Made by a program: the position numbers and the translations under genes
Source of the DNA: an uncultured Candidatus Entotheonella sp.
GTDB lineage: Bacteria > Tectomicrobia > Entotheonellia > Entotheonellales > Entotheonellaceae
Assembly: GCA_965217185.1 (NCBI GenBank)
Contig: OZ244252.1
Location: 640,001-704,000 of the forward strand
Direction: 5' to 3'
Length of the DNA stretch: 64,000 bases
The notes under the pieces: generated by a model
Databases searched by the model: none
What the model saw: only the letters and a program-made list of their open reading frames with translations
What the model was told of the DNA's origin: nothing
Shown here: positions 10,901 through 19,554 of the stretch, in pieces
Layout of the letters: every line of letters begins with the position of its first letter
Numbering within the stretch: position 1 is the first letter of the stretch

Positions 10901-11562
10901 GCGTCCAGCCAGGCAGCCAGCAGACCGTCGAAGTTTCGCTGTTTGTGGTTCTGCTCCATCCACGCGAGCCGCTCACCCAGGGAGAGTTCGGCGAGAATGT
11001 CCAGGTGGGCACGGTGCGGGTCGGCCGGATCGATCTCGCGGATGAGCGACACGCTGCCGAGCACGTCGCGGTTCGGGTCGCGTTTGCGGGGACGGCGATG
11101 CACGAAGGCGAGGGTGAGCAGGTTGTCAGCGGTCTTGAACACCACCACCGTCGGCATCGGAAACGGCTTGTTGATCTCGCGGGTAAACTGCGCGTAGCGC
11201 CTCCGGGAATAGTGCTGCCCCTTTAGCGCCACGGCGACGAACAGGAAACTGCTGGCGTTGCCGTCATCGAAGCCGCCGGTGTCGATCAAGGAGAGTTGCC
11301 CTGAGGCAGTAATCTCCTTGATTTCTTCCTCGGTTACCTGAAAGACAATGCGTGCGGACACCGCCTGATCAAGAAACTCCTGCTTTTTTCCCGTGTTGGG
11401 CAGGTCGCCGAACAGGTCGGCAGGATCGCCCGTGGTCGCCAGCGTGCGCTTGCTGCGGTAGCCCAATACATCCAGCAGGTCGTGCGCCACGGTGTAGAAC
11501 TCGTCTTTCGGCGGGCGGCGCAGAATGTCCTTGATGCGGTTTGCGGTGTCCTGTTGGGTCAT
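7930..11562 (-). CDS. Type IIG/Eco57I-like N6-adenine DNA methyltransferase with TaqI_C-like target recognition domain
   Basis: Motif I VLDPAVGSGAF, motif IV VIGNPPY, GSYYTP; ATG at 11562 overlaps helicase stop (ATGA). Confidence 0.9.
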   Translation of the reverse strand: MTQQDTANRIKDILRRPPKDEFYTVAHDLLDVLGYRSKRTLATTGDPADLFGDLPNTGKKQEFLDQAVSARIVFQVTEEEIKEITASGQLSLIDTGGFDDGNASSFLFVAVALKGQHYSRRRYAQFTREINKPFPMPTVVVFKTADNLLTLAFVHRRPRKRDPNRDVLGSVSLIREIDPADPHRAHLDILAELSLGERLAWMEQNHKQRNFDGLLAAWLDALDTEELNRRFYRELSDWFGRAVKEATCPTDQATTLSPEEHLIRLITRLLFVWFMKEKGLVAGDLFVEEQVNNLLKDYDQEKGDSYYRAVLQNLFFATLNTEMEKRGFSQVQNVTHRNFSLYRYEREIADPDKLLALFARTPFINGGLFDCLDSEEATTDGGYRIDCFTDNVTNPRSKDYRILSIPNRLFFDEDNARRGLITLFNRYKFTVEENTPVEQEVALDPELLGKVFENLLADYNPETRKSARKQTGSYYTPRQVVDYMVDEALVVALAQKCQPTDGDPTFWQDRLRYLLDYAAAFNDARDLFDADETKGLVCAIAELKVLDPAVGSGAFPMGVLHKLTLALNRLDRDNELWKTLQKARATERAAAAFDAPTQQERDAELAEISNTFERYRDSDFGRKLYLMQSSIFGVDIQPIACQIAKLRFFISLAIEQEADPQAENLGIKPLPNLETRFVAADTLLHLKTATQLDLFRQQIETLKGRLAENRERHFHATTRREKLACKDEDRDLRRELSEVLHDAGLPEDDANKITQWDPYDQNAKADWFDGEYMFGSREGFDVVIGNPPYIQLQNNEGDLGNRYQDAGYATFVRRGDIYQLFYEKGCQLLKPQQGLLAYITSNSWLKAKYGGATRRYFAEQQTPLYLLEMGKNIFENTIVDTSILLLREGNSDKASPVIAAVDMDQLDIKDFPPDASLWGQMRPDGEKPWSILSPGGHRVMDKMQAIGTPLKDWDVRINYGIKTGCNAAFIIDTQTRDRLIQEDPRSTEVLKPILRGKDIARYQANWADKWVIIAKYGSHTHLENRYPAIYRHLHNHKEKLAKRGQCRYGGKDNAGQHHWLELDNNPTDKYLENFAKEKLFWIELVENGRFTYDDTGIYGEATTFMLTGEGIKFLCAVLNARLTHWFLQKTAPTSGLGTLRWKKVYVETIPIPKISTAEQRPFIRLVNDILAAKRADPTADTASLEAEIDQLVYRLYGLTDEEIAIVKGAI

Positions 11563-14500
11563 GGTGTGTTCTTTCCTGGCTGTCGGTCCAGGTTGCCGAT
11601 GACCAACCACGTCACCAGTTCGAAATTGTCAGTGTCGGGTGACTCGTCGGCGGTGGGGAGGGTGACGCCGCGGTTGCCCGTCTCTTTCAGCGCGTTCAGT
11701 TGCGTGTGGACGTGCATTTGGCTGATGTGCTTGAGAACTTGGTTCAGCAGTTCATCGTAGCGTGTCATGTTGCGGCCGTTGTCGGTCTCCGCGTTGAACC
11801 GGTCGCACAGGCTGAGGATGGCATCGGTTTTACCGGCTGTCGCCGCCTCAAACGCTTCCAGCACCTGCCGGGCGTTGGCGCAGCCGAAGCGGATGTAGCC
11901 ATCGTAGCCGATGTGGACGGCATAGAACGGGTGAATGGGGCTGGCGATCCGCTGTCCCGGCCTGGGCGCCATGTTGGCGTTAAGCTGACGCAGGAAGAAG
12001 ATGACGCCGGAACCGGCGGGACCGTCAGCGGGCCGGGTCACCGCGCAGGCCCCAAGCAGGGTGGCCTCCAACTCGTTGCGATTCTTTTCCAGATACCGCA
12101 GTAGTTGGGCGAAGAAATAGTCCAGTGTGAAGTCGCTCATCGCCGGGGCGTCGTCCGGGCTGTCCAGGTCCAGGACTTCTTCACGCAGCTTCAGCAATTG
12201 CCGGTCGCGGAAATCCAGGTCCAGTTGGGCATCGTCTTCGGTGAATGGGTCCTCGTCACCGCTCGCCGCCACGTCCGCCAGCGCCATCCGCGCCTGGACC
12301 CGGCTTTTCAAGCGCAGGTAGGCGTCCATATCGCGGGTGGGCCAGTAATTCAGCATGCAGACTGCGCGGCTGCGGCTGCCCATACGGTCGATACGCCCGA
12401 AGCGCTGGATGAGCCGCACCGGATTCCAGTGGATGTCGTAGTTCAGGACAGTGTCGCAGTCCTGCAGGTTCTGCCCCTCGGAGATGCAGTCGGTGGCGAT
12501 CAGCAGGTCAATCTCGCCCGTTTCGGCATCCGTGCGGCCACGGGCGCGGGGAGCGAAGTTGGTGAGGATGGCGTTGAAATTGTTGGGGCCGCATGTGGTG
12601 CGGGTTTCGTCGCCGGACACCATCGCCAGATTCAGGTCCAACTCCTTTGCCAGGCTGGACAGGTTGTCGTACAGGTATTTTGCCGTGTCCTTGAAGGTGG
12701 TGAACACCAGCAGTTTGCGGTTGGGCTTGCCGTCCTGGTCGATGGACGGGTGCTCGGCCTTGTGCCGGATGGCTTGTTTGATCTCGTGCAGCTTGCCGTC
12801 GCGCTGTGGCGTGACGGCGGCAATTCTGTCGTGCGCCGCCCGCAGGGTTGCGTGGTCGCGCCGCAAATCCTCCTTCCAGCGCCTCAGGTCCAGCTCCCGC
12901 AGGTGGTAGGGATGCCGTGCCCGGTTGATGAAGAACTCCTCGTCGTCTTCGTCCTCTTCCGGCTGGACAATCACCTCGCCATTGTCTGTGAACAAGCTCT
13001 TTTCGTAGCGCCCAATCTGTTCCAGCAGGCCGTCGATCTTGCCAATGGTGCGAGCCAGGGTCAGGGTCAACGAGTGAGCGGAACTTTCCAGCCGCTTCAG
13101 GAAGTTGGTGCGCATCATGGCGACCAGAAAGTTCTCCCGGTCCGCCTGGTTGAAATTCCTGGTTTTCTTCTCTTCCGCCAGTTGTTGCCGGCGGGTTTCG
13201 TCCGCCAGATAGTCGGACGGGCGATAGACGGACAGGGTGAAGCGGTCGATCTGCTCTGCCAGGACTTGATATGAAAGTCCGCCGTCCCGGTCGGTAGGGG
13301 GGTAGCGGTTGTCGGGTACGGCATGATCCGGAAACCGGCCGATGCGCTCCATCTCGTCGGCGTAGAAGGTCTTGATCTGCCGCCGGGAGCGGGCAATGGA
13401 CACCGCATCCTGCAGCCGCAGGAAATCCGCGCCAAGGCTTTCCAGCAGCTTTGCCTTGTCGCGTTGGCCCTGTCGAGTACTGGTTTCCCACTGTTTGAAC
13501 TGACGCTGCGCCGCATTCAGAAGTTGGCCGATGTTGCTGATCCCAAGGCTTTCCCGGAAGGTATCGTCGCGTCTTTCGGTCATCAGGTAAATCTGGTTGC
13601 GCAGGTCGATCAGGGAGGTGTTGACCGGGGTTGCCGACAGCATCAGGACCTTCGTTCGGACGCCGTCCTTGATAACTTCTTCCAGGAGCCGCGAGTACCG
13701 GCTGTGCTGCAGTTCGCCTTTGTCGTTCGTGTAGGGCCTCCGGTCGTTGCGGAAGTTGTGGGACTCGTCAATGACGATGAGTTTGAAGCTGGACCAGTTG
13801 AAGTTGGCCAGGTCGACGCTGTCCGCCATGCCGGTATTGCGAGAGAGGTCCGTATGCGACAGCAGCGTGTAGCCGAAGCGGTCGGCGGCGAAGGGATTGT
13901 TGCGTTGGGCGTTGTGCACTGGATAGAGTGCCCAGTTCTCGCGCAGCTTTTTGGGACAGAGCACCAGGACGTTTTCGTTTTGGAGCTCGAAGTATTTGAT
14001 GACGGCGAGCGCGGTCCAGGTCTTACCCAGTCCGACGCTGTCGGCCAGAATGCAACCGCCCCGGGCTTTCAAACGGTTGATGATGCTGATAGCGCCGTCT
14101 TTCTGGAAGTTGTACAGGGCTTGCCAGATTTGGGTGTCGTAGAGGTGAATGTCGGCCAGTTGCCGTTCGCCGTCCCGCCGTGCCTCGATGTCGGCCAGGA
14201 AAAGTTCATAGAGAGTTTTGTAATAGATGAGTTCCGGGGCGTGTTCCTTGCCGAGCCGGTTCAGGACGGCGAGCACATCCTGCCTGACGTCGCGGGTCAT
14301 GTTGTCGTCCGTCCACAGGTCGTCGAACCACTCCCGGAGTTCGGTGTGGGTGGCCTCGTCCGTGGTCGCCAGATTGATTTCCAGGTTGGCCCCGGCGCCG
14401 CAGCCCAGTCCGCTGCGGGTGAAGTTGGAGCTGCCGACGACGGAGGCCCGACGGCCTTCGGCCTCGGCAAGGTACATCTTGCCGTGCAAAAAGTTGGTCT

Positions 14501-14843
14501 TCCCGATCGAGCGGATACTGACGTTATGGCCCGCTATCCACTCGGCGCACGCCTTGGCAAGGTGTTTTTGCTGGAGGATGCGATTGGGGCTGAGACCGTC
14601 TTCGGTCACGGTGAAGGACTGCGATTCCTTTTTCCCGGGGTCCAGTTCGCCAACGGAAGCCGGGTCTCCGAAGAGGAAACGGATGTCGTCAACTTGGTTC
14701 AAGGCATCTTGCAAGGCTTCGTAGCCGTATACGCTGAAGTAGGCGGACACAATGCGGAAAATTTGGGTGGCGGGGAGGTGCTGTTGGAGGTAATCGACAA
14801 GCCTGCGGGCGCGGTTGTCGAGGATGTGTTGATCTGTTGCCAT
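11559..14843 (-). CDS. PLD-nuclease domain + SNF2-like SF2 helicase
   Basis: HGKMYLAE...GSSN PLD motif; ILADSVGLGKT, IVIDESHN, LSATP, EGQNLQ, QRFGRIDR helicase motifs. Confidence 0.9.
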   Translation of the reverse strand: MATDQHILDNRARRLVDYLQQHLPATQIFRIVSAYFSVYGYEALQDALNQVDDIRFLFGDPASVGELDPGKKESQSFTVTEDGLSPNRILQQKHLAKACAEWIAGHNVSIRSIGKTNFLHGKMYLAEAEGRRASVVGSSNFTRSGLGCGAGANLEINLATTDEATHTELREWFDDLWTDDNMTRDVRQDVLAVLNRLGKEHAPELIYYKTLYELFLADIEARRDGERQLADIHLYDTQIWQALYNFQKDGAISIINRLKARGGCILADSVGLGKTWTALAVIKYFELQNENVLVLCPKKLRENWALYPVHNAQRNNPFAADRFGYTLLSHTDLSRNTGMADSVDLANFNWSSFKLIVIDESHNFRNDRRPYTNDKGELQHSRYSRLLEEVIKDGVRTKVLMLSATPVNTSLIDLRNQIYLMTERRDDTFRESLGISNIGQLLNAAQRQFKQWETSTRQGQRDKAKLLESLGADFLRLQDAVSIARSRRQIKTFYADEMERIGRFPDHAVPDNRYPPTDRDGGLSYQVLAEQIDRFTLSVYRPSDYLADETRRQQLAEEKKTRNFNQADRENFLVAMMRTNFLKRLESSAHSLTLTLARTIGKIDGLLEQIGRYEKSLFTDNGEVIVQPEEDEDDEEFFINRARHPYHLRELDLRRWKEDLRRDHATLRAAHDRIAAVTPQRDGKLHEIKQAIRHKAEHPSIDQDGKPNRKLLVFTTFKDTAKYLYDNLSSLAKELDLNLAMVSGDETRTTCGPNNFNAILTNFAPRARGRTDAETGEIDLLIATDCISEGQNLQDCDTVLNYDIHWNPVRLIQRFGRIDRMGSRSRAVCMLNYWPTRDMDAYLRLKSRVQARMALADVAASGDEDPFTEDDAQLDLDFRDRQLLKLREEVLDLDSPDDAPAMSDFTLDYFFAQLLRYLEKNRNELEATLLGACAVTRPADGPAGSGVIFFLRQLNANMAPRPGQRIASPIHPFYAVHIGYDGYIRFGCANARQVLEAFEAATAGKTDAILSLCDRFNAETDNGRNMTRYDELLNQVLKHISQMHVHTQLNALKETGNRGVTLPTADESPDTDNFELVTWLVIGNLDRQPGKNTP

Positions 14844-14925
14844 TTGGGATTCTGTTTCTCTTCACGCCCGGTCTGGTACGTTCGGTTATGACAGAGGGTC
14901 TAAATACCCTCACCACTACCTTTAC

Positions 14926-15987
14926 TCAAGCGTTACTACCCTTATTTCTGAGAAAACGCCAGCGGGCGCCTGGCCCTCGTCCGCTGCACGCCACGTCGCC
15001 GGATTTCCTTAACCCCGCCAGGAGGGTGCGAATCCATTCGCGGCCGACACCGGGGCAGGCGCGTTCTAATTCGCTCAGGCGAAAGTCGCCCGGCTGGGCG
15101 CGAATGGCGGCGAGCACCCGCTCGGACTTGGCACCCCGCGGCGCCCTGATCTGACCGGCGCGTTCCTCCAACTCGATGTAGGCGCGGCGGATAATCGCAA
15201 GGATGAAGTTGAACCAGGGCGTCAGTTCGTGTTTGCCGTCGTGCCAGCGGTGGGAACTGAGACGGAGGCATTCGTAGTAGGCGTCTCGGGATTCCTCAAT
15301 AAGGCGTTCCAAGCTGATATAACGGCCGACCTCGTAACCGTGCTGGTAGAGCGTTAACAGGGTGAGCAGTCGGGACACACGCCCGTTACCGTCCCGGAAA
15401 GGGTGGATGCAAAGGAAATCCAGGACGAGGGCGGCGATTGCGATGAGCGGCGGGATATGCTCCTCGTTGAGGGCGTGCTGGTAATGCCGGCAAAGTTCTT
15501 CTACAGCCGCCGGCGTCTCGGAAGCCTTCACGCAGCGGAATCGGACAACCGGCGCTTGTCCGGGCAGGAATTCTACGATGTCATTATCGACTCGTTTGAA
15601 TTGGCCCGCGTCGCCGCTGGCGGATTGGCAGAGGGCATGTAGGCGTTGCAGGGTGTCCGGCGCAATGGAAAGCGCCGCGTAGTCGGTGTGAATCTCGTTC
15701 AAGGCGCGGCGATAGTCTTGAATCTCCAGTTCGGAGCGGTCACGGGGCTTCGCTTGGCCGAGCACCAGCGGGTAAAGGCGGGTCGGGGCGACCGTCACCC
15801 CCTCGATGCGGTTGGAGGATTCGGCGCTCTGAACGACGGCCGTGTCGCGGAGCGCCTTGAGGGCCTGTGGCGACTGGCTGGTGAATAGCTCCTGTTTTCC
15901 CCTCGACTCGGCGATATCGTTGAGCAGCCACACCGTGCTCAGAGGTACTTCATGATCGCGTAGGCGACCGTTGTGAAAGGAGTTCAT
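14926..15987 (-). CDS. Fic family protein with C-terminal wHTH-like region
   Basis: Canonical HPFRDGNGRVSR motif; SSNRIEG; probable start MNSFHNG. Confidence 0.9.
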   Translation of the reverse strand: MNSFHNGRLRDHEVPLSTVWLLNDIAESRGKQELFTSQSPQALKALRDTAVVQSAESSNRIEGVTVAPTRLYPLVLGQAKPRDRSELEIQDYRRALNEIHTDYAALSIAPDTLQRLHALCQSASGDAGQFKRVDNDIVEFLPGQAPVVRFRCVKASETPAAVEELCRHYQHALNEEHIPPLIAIAALVLDFLCIHPFRDGNGRVSRLLTLLTLYQHGYEVGRYISLERLIEESRDAYYECLRLSSHRWHDGKHELTPWFNFILAIIRRAYIELEERAGQIRAPRGAKSERVLAAIRAQPGDFRLSELERACPGVGREWIRTLLAGLRKSGDVACSGRGPGARWRFLRNKGSNA

Positions 15988-16117
15988 GATTTTCGGTCCG
16001 AATGGGGTGATGGCACGTGAATGCACGCGGCTGGCGTAATTCGCCGCCGGCCCTGCACGATTTCGTTGTAACGTACACGTGGGGGGACCCCGATTGGCGA
16101 TTTGTACGTACCAGATG

Positions 16118-16516
16118 CTACCAGCGTTTGATGTCGTCGAACTGATCAAAGTCCTTGTCAAATGCTGCCACATGGTCCCCGGATGCCGCGGCAAGGGCAG
16201 CCAGATAGCAGTCCAAGAAATCGCATTTTGTTGAGGCGAAGCGCTCCAGAGCATCAAGCATTTCGTCCCGCTTCACACAGCGAATGCCGGCGCTGAGGAT
16301 GACCTTGCGCAACCCTTCCGCAATCTGTTCGCGCCCGGTTTGGTAGAAAGAATCAAGTACCCACACCGCTTCGGCAACAGCCACTTCGGTCAATATCAGC
16401 ACACATTTCCCGTCGCAGGCGTCGGCAAACAGCGCCTGAGCGGCCGGGGAGTGCTGAGCATCGTCGCCGCGCAGAAAACGCAGCAGGACGTTAGTGTCCA
16501 AAAGATACCTGATCAT
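16118..16516 (-). CDS. vapC: PIN-domain toxin
   Basis: YLLDTNVLLR, VAEAVWVL, DFLDCYL, AFDKDF acidic PIN motifs. Confidence 0.88.
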   Translation of the reverse strand: MIRYLLDTNVLLRFLRGDDAQHSPAAQALFADACDGKCVLILTEVAVAEAVWVLDSFYQTGREQIAEGLRKVILSAGIRCVKRDEMLDALERFASTKCDFLDCYLAALAAASGDHVAAFDKDFDQFDDIKRW

Positions 16517-16755
16517 TCGTATCTCGCTGCTCTTGCTTGGCGGGCCGCCTCTCGTTCCTCGCCTTTGGACGCCGACGGTTTGCCATCTGCAAGACAGCCG
16601 TATAAATCCTTGAGTGTTTCGGGCTGCGGCTTTATCAGAACGGCGCCATCAACCAACTCATAGATGAGTCTCTGCCGAGGCTTGAGACCGAGTGCCTTGC
16701 GAATTTCTGCCGGGATGGTGGTTTGCCACCTGTCGGTTAAAGTGGATCTGATTAT
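16513..16755 (-). CDS. AbrB/MazE-type antitoxin, 80 aa, non-canonical start
   Basis: Own translation IIRSTLTDRWQTTIPAEIRKALGLKPRQRLIYELVDGAVLIKP...; AAGGAGG RBS; TGA overlaps vapC ATG. Confidence 0.8.
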   Translation of the reverse strand: MIRSTLTDRWQTTIPAEIRKALGLKPRQRLIYELVDGAVLIKPQPETLKDLYGCLADGKPSASKGEEREAARQARAARYE

Positions 16756-16914
16756 CAGCCTGCCTCCTTATCCATTGTTTTCGGGAATCCATTCTATATA
16801 TGGATACAATGCACATCCAATTTCCGCAAGCGTCGTGGCACATCAGCAAGGGATAGGTAAGGCGACATTCAGTTTTCTCCGGCTTCCAGCGTTGCTGCCC
16901 TTCTCTGTTAGGGG

Positions 16915-17035
16915 AGACGGGTCGCCAAAGAAATGCAGAGGGGTCGCTCTGGCGCAGAACGTCCTGCAGGGCTTCGTAGCGGTAATTGCTGAAGTGCCGG
17001 AGGTCATGAGAATATCTGGGTAGCCGGAAGGCGGT
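16915..17035 (-). pseudogene. Decayed copy of the 5' end of the PLD-helicase gene
   Basis: Reads RLPATQIFS*..FSNYRYEALQDVLRQ..FGDP versus helicase HLPATQIFR..FSVYGYEALQDALNQ..FGDP. Confidence 0.75.
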
Positions 17036-17094
17036 TCGGCGCTGATTGTCTTACGGGTGGCGTGCAGTCTGGGGAATGCCTGTCGCGGGGCTTT

Positions 17095-19554
17095 TCATGT
17101 CGTACGGGCGTCTCTCCACGACCTGGGGTTTGCGCGTGCCTGCGCAGGCACGCTGGCCGAAGGCGGCGGACGCCGCCTTCGGGTGAGGGCGACGATGCCC
17201 CCGATGATGGCGACAAGCAGGTTGGTGCCCCCGACGGTGGCGAATTTCCAGAAGCGTCGGATTTCGGGTGTGGGTTGGCTGATGGTGCGGTCGAGGTGTT
17301 TCTTGCCGCGAACGTGGATGAGGTCCTCGCCGAGGGTGATGGCGTCGATGCTGTTGAGGAACAGGTCGGCGTTGCCGCCGATGAGGAAGTTGCGGTGGAA
17401 CATCTGGGCATTGCCGACAACGATGAGCTTGCCGGGGGCAGCGTCAGGCGCTGGGGACCCATCGACGGGCGGAAACTGGCCCTCCACCAGCACGGCCAGG
17501 GGGTATTGCTGGCCGGTAGACGGCGGCTCCAGGTTGTCGGCGGTGAGCTCGGCGTCGCTGGGCACGCGCCAGGCGCGCGGGCTGGTGGAGAAGAGGGCGG
17601 TGGCGTTAAGGCCGTGATCGCGCAGAACGTCGGGTTGCAGGCTCAGGGCGCTGCCCCACAGGTAGAACAACGGCTCCAGGCGGCTGGTGATGGAGACCGC
17701 CGTGTTCATGGCCTGTTGAGGGATGGTCATGTGCAGCGGCAGGTCAAGGGTGACGCCGCTGCCGACCAGAGCGTCCACGAGGGTGTCGGTGTCATGCACG
17801 GTCATGGCCTGATGGTTGACGTCCATCAGCACCGCGGGATCGACCGCGATGCCGTAGTGCTGCAGCCAGTCGTTGATCTCGGGATGCTGCGGCTCCTGGG
17901 TGATGGACACGTCTTGACGCCCCAGCGTGTAGTTCCAGCGATACTGTTGGACCGCCAGAAATACCGACTTGCCCTCGTGCAGGGCCTTGCGCAGCAACAA
18001 CTGGTCCTCGGCAGGCAGGCGTCGCGGATGCAGCACCACGATGGTATGCGCCTCGGGCGGGATACCGTCGGCGAGCGATTCCAAACGCCGCACCTCGTAG
18101 CGTTCGCGTGACAGCAAACGTTCCAGCACGGTGTACGGGTCCTCGGTCTCGGGCAGTGAGCGGCCCATCTGCGTATAGAGCTCTCGCATGTATTCCGGCA
18201 GGTGCAACGGGTCGCGCGGTGCCACCAGCGCCACCAACGGCTGGGTGTCGCGGTGCAGCTTGTCGATGAGGTTGATGAGGCGGTATTCCAGCGTCTCCAG
18301 GTCGCGCGGCAGCAGGCGGGGGATGATGGCTTCGGACTTGTCCTGGTAGGCCACGCCGATGGCGGCGTAGACCAGCTTGTTGACAACGTTGTCGCCCTGC
18401 AGCACCTGCACCGAGAAGGGCCGCACCCCCTGATCCAGAAGGCGCCGCTGCACGTCGGGCATGGCCGTGTCGTCCGGCGCCGCGGCGGTTTCCGCCGGAC
18501 GAATCACGTCAGCCGTTTGCAGATGCACCACCCGGGTGCGCAGATTGCCCTCGCCGGCCAAGCGCATGTCGTCGAGCTGGTCGCGGACGTCGCGTTCCAG
18601 GTAGCGCATGGTAACGGGCAACTGCTGGCGGGGGGTGATGTACAGGCTCACCTGCACGGGTTCCGGCAGTTGCCTCAAGATGCGCCGCGCCGCCGGTGAC
18701 AGCGTGTACAGCTGGTCCTCAGTCAGATCGATCCGGCCGAGGTTTTGCTCGGCCAGCAGCCAGTTGACGGTGAGACCGACGCTCAGACAGAGGGCCACCG
18801 CGGCCAGAAAGCCGTTGCGTGTTGCCGGGCGGCTGCGAATTTCCAAAAACAGACTGTTCAGCATCAGCCAGACTGCTGTCCAGATCAGGAAATACACCAC
18901 GTCGCCGATCACCAACAGGCCGCGCGTGAAGGTCATGTAGTGCTGCGTCACGCCGATGACCTCAGCCAGCAGGGTGCCCAGGCCCGGCCAGGCAGCCTCG
19001 GCCAGGGTGACGACAAACTCGGTGCCCGCCAGGAAGAACCCGAAGCAGCCGAGCAGCGTGAGCATGAAGGCGACGATCTGGTCGCGGCACAGCGCCGAGA
19101 TAAACGACCCCAGGGACAGAAAAAAGACGCCGAGCAGGAGGCTGCCGAAGTAGGCGCCGAGGATGGGGCCGAAGTCGGGCTTGCCCAGCCAATGGAGCAT
19201 CACCGGCAGCACCAGGGTGCCGGCCAGGGCGCTGAGGTAGAAGATCAGGCTGGCAAGGAATTTCCCCAGCACCAGCTCGTAGGCGCGCATCGGGAAGGTG
19301 AGCAGTAGTTCCCAGGTGTTTTGCTTCCGTTCCTCGGCCCACAGGCGCATGCTGACGGCAGGCAGAAACACGCACAGGACGATGGGCAGAATGGTGAAGA
19401 ACACGCGCATGTCGGCCGCCAGGACGGTGAAAAACGGTGCCATGTACAGGCCAATGGTGAGGCTGAGGAAGACGATGAGGGCGATGTAGGCGATGGCCGA
19501 CGTGTAGTAGGCGTTCAGCTCGCGGCGGACAATGGTGCGAAGGTTAGCAAGCAT
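17095..19554 (-). CDS. Second GldF-GldG-type ABC permease fusion
   Basis: Clear paralogue of 2058-4553 (WAEERKQNTWELLLTFP, GNAQMFHRNFL); start MLANLRTIVRRE. Confidence 0.88.
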   Translation of the reverse strand: MLANLRTIVRRELNAYYTSAIAYIALIVFLSLTIGLYMAPFFTVLAADMRVFFTILPIVLCVFLPAVSMRLWAEERKQNTWELLLTFPMRAYELVLGKFLASLIFYLSALAGTLVLPVMLHWLGKPDFGPILGAYFGSLLLGVFFLSLGSFISALCRDQIVAFMLTLLGCFGFFLAGTEFVVTLAEAAWPGLGTLLAEVIGVTQHYMTFTRGLLVIGDVVYFLIWTAVWLMLNSLFLEIRSRPATRNGFLAAVALCLSVGLTVNWLLAEQNLGRIDLTEDQLYTLSPAARRILRQLPEPVQVSLYITPRQQLPVTMRYLERDVRDQLDDMRLAGEGNLRTRVVHLQTADVIRPAETAAAPDDTAMPDVQRRLLDQGVRPFSVQVLQGDNVVNKLVYAAIGVAYQDKSEAIIPRLLPRDLETLEYRLINLIDKLHRDTQPLVALVAPRDPLHLPEYMRELYTQMGRSLPETEDPYTVLERLLSRERYEVRRLESLADGIPPEAHTIVVLHPRRLPAEDQLLLRKALHEGKSVFLAVQQYRWNYTLGRQDVSITQEPQHPEINDWLQHYGIAVDPAVLMDVNHQAMTVHDTDTLVDALVGSGVTLDLPLHMTIPQQAMNTAVSITSRLEPLFYLWGSALSLQPDVLRDHGLNATALFSTSPRAWRVPSDAELTADNLEPPSTGQQYPLAVLVEGQFPPVDGSPAPDAAPGKLIVVGNAQMFHRNFLIGGNADLFLNSIDAITLGEDLIHVRGKKHLDRTISQPTPEIRRFWKFATVGGTNLLVAIIGGIVALTRRRRPPPSASVPAQARANPRSWRDARTT

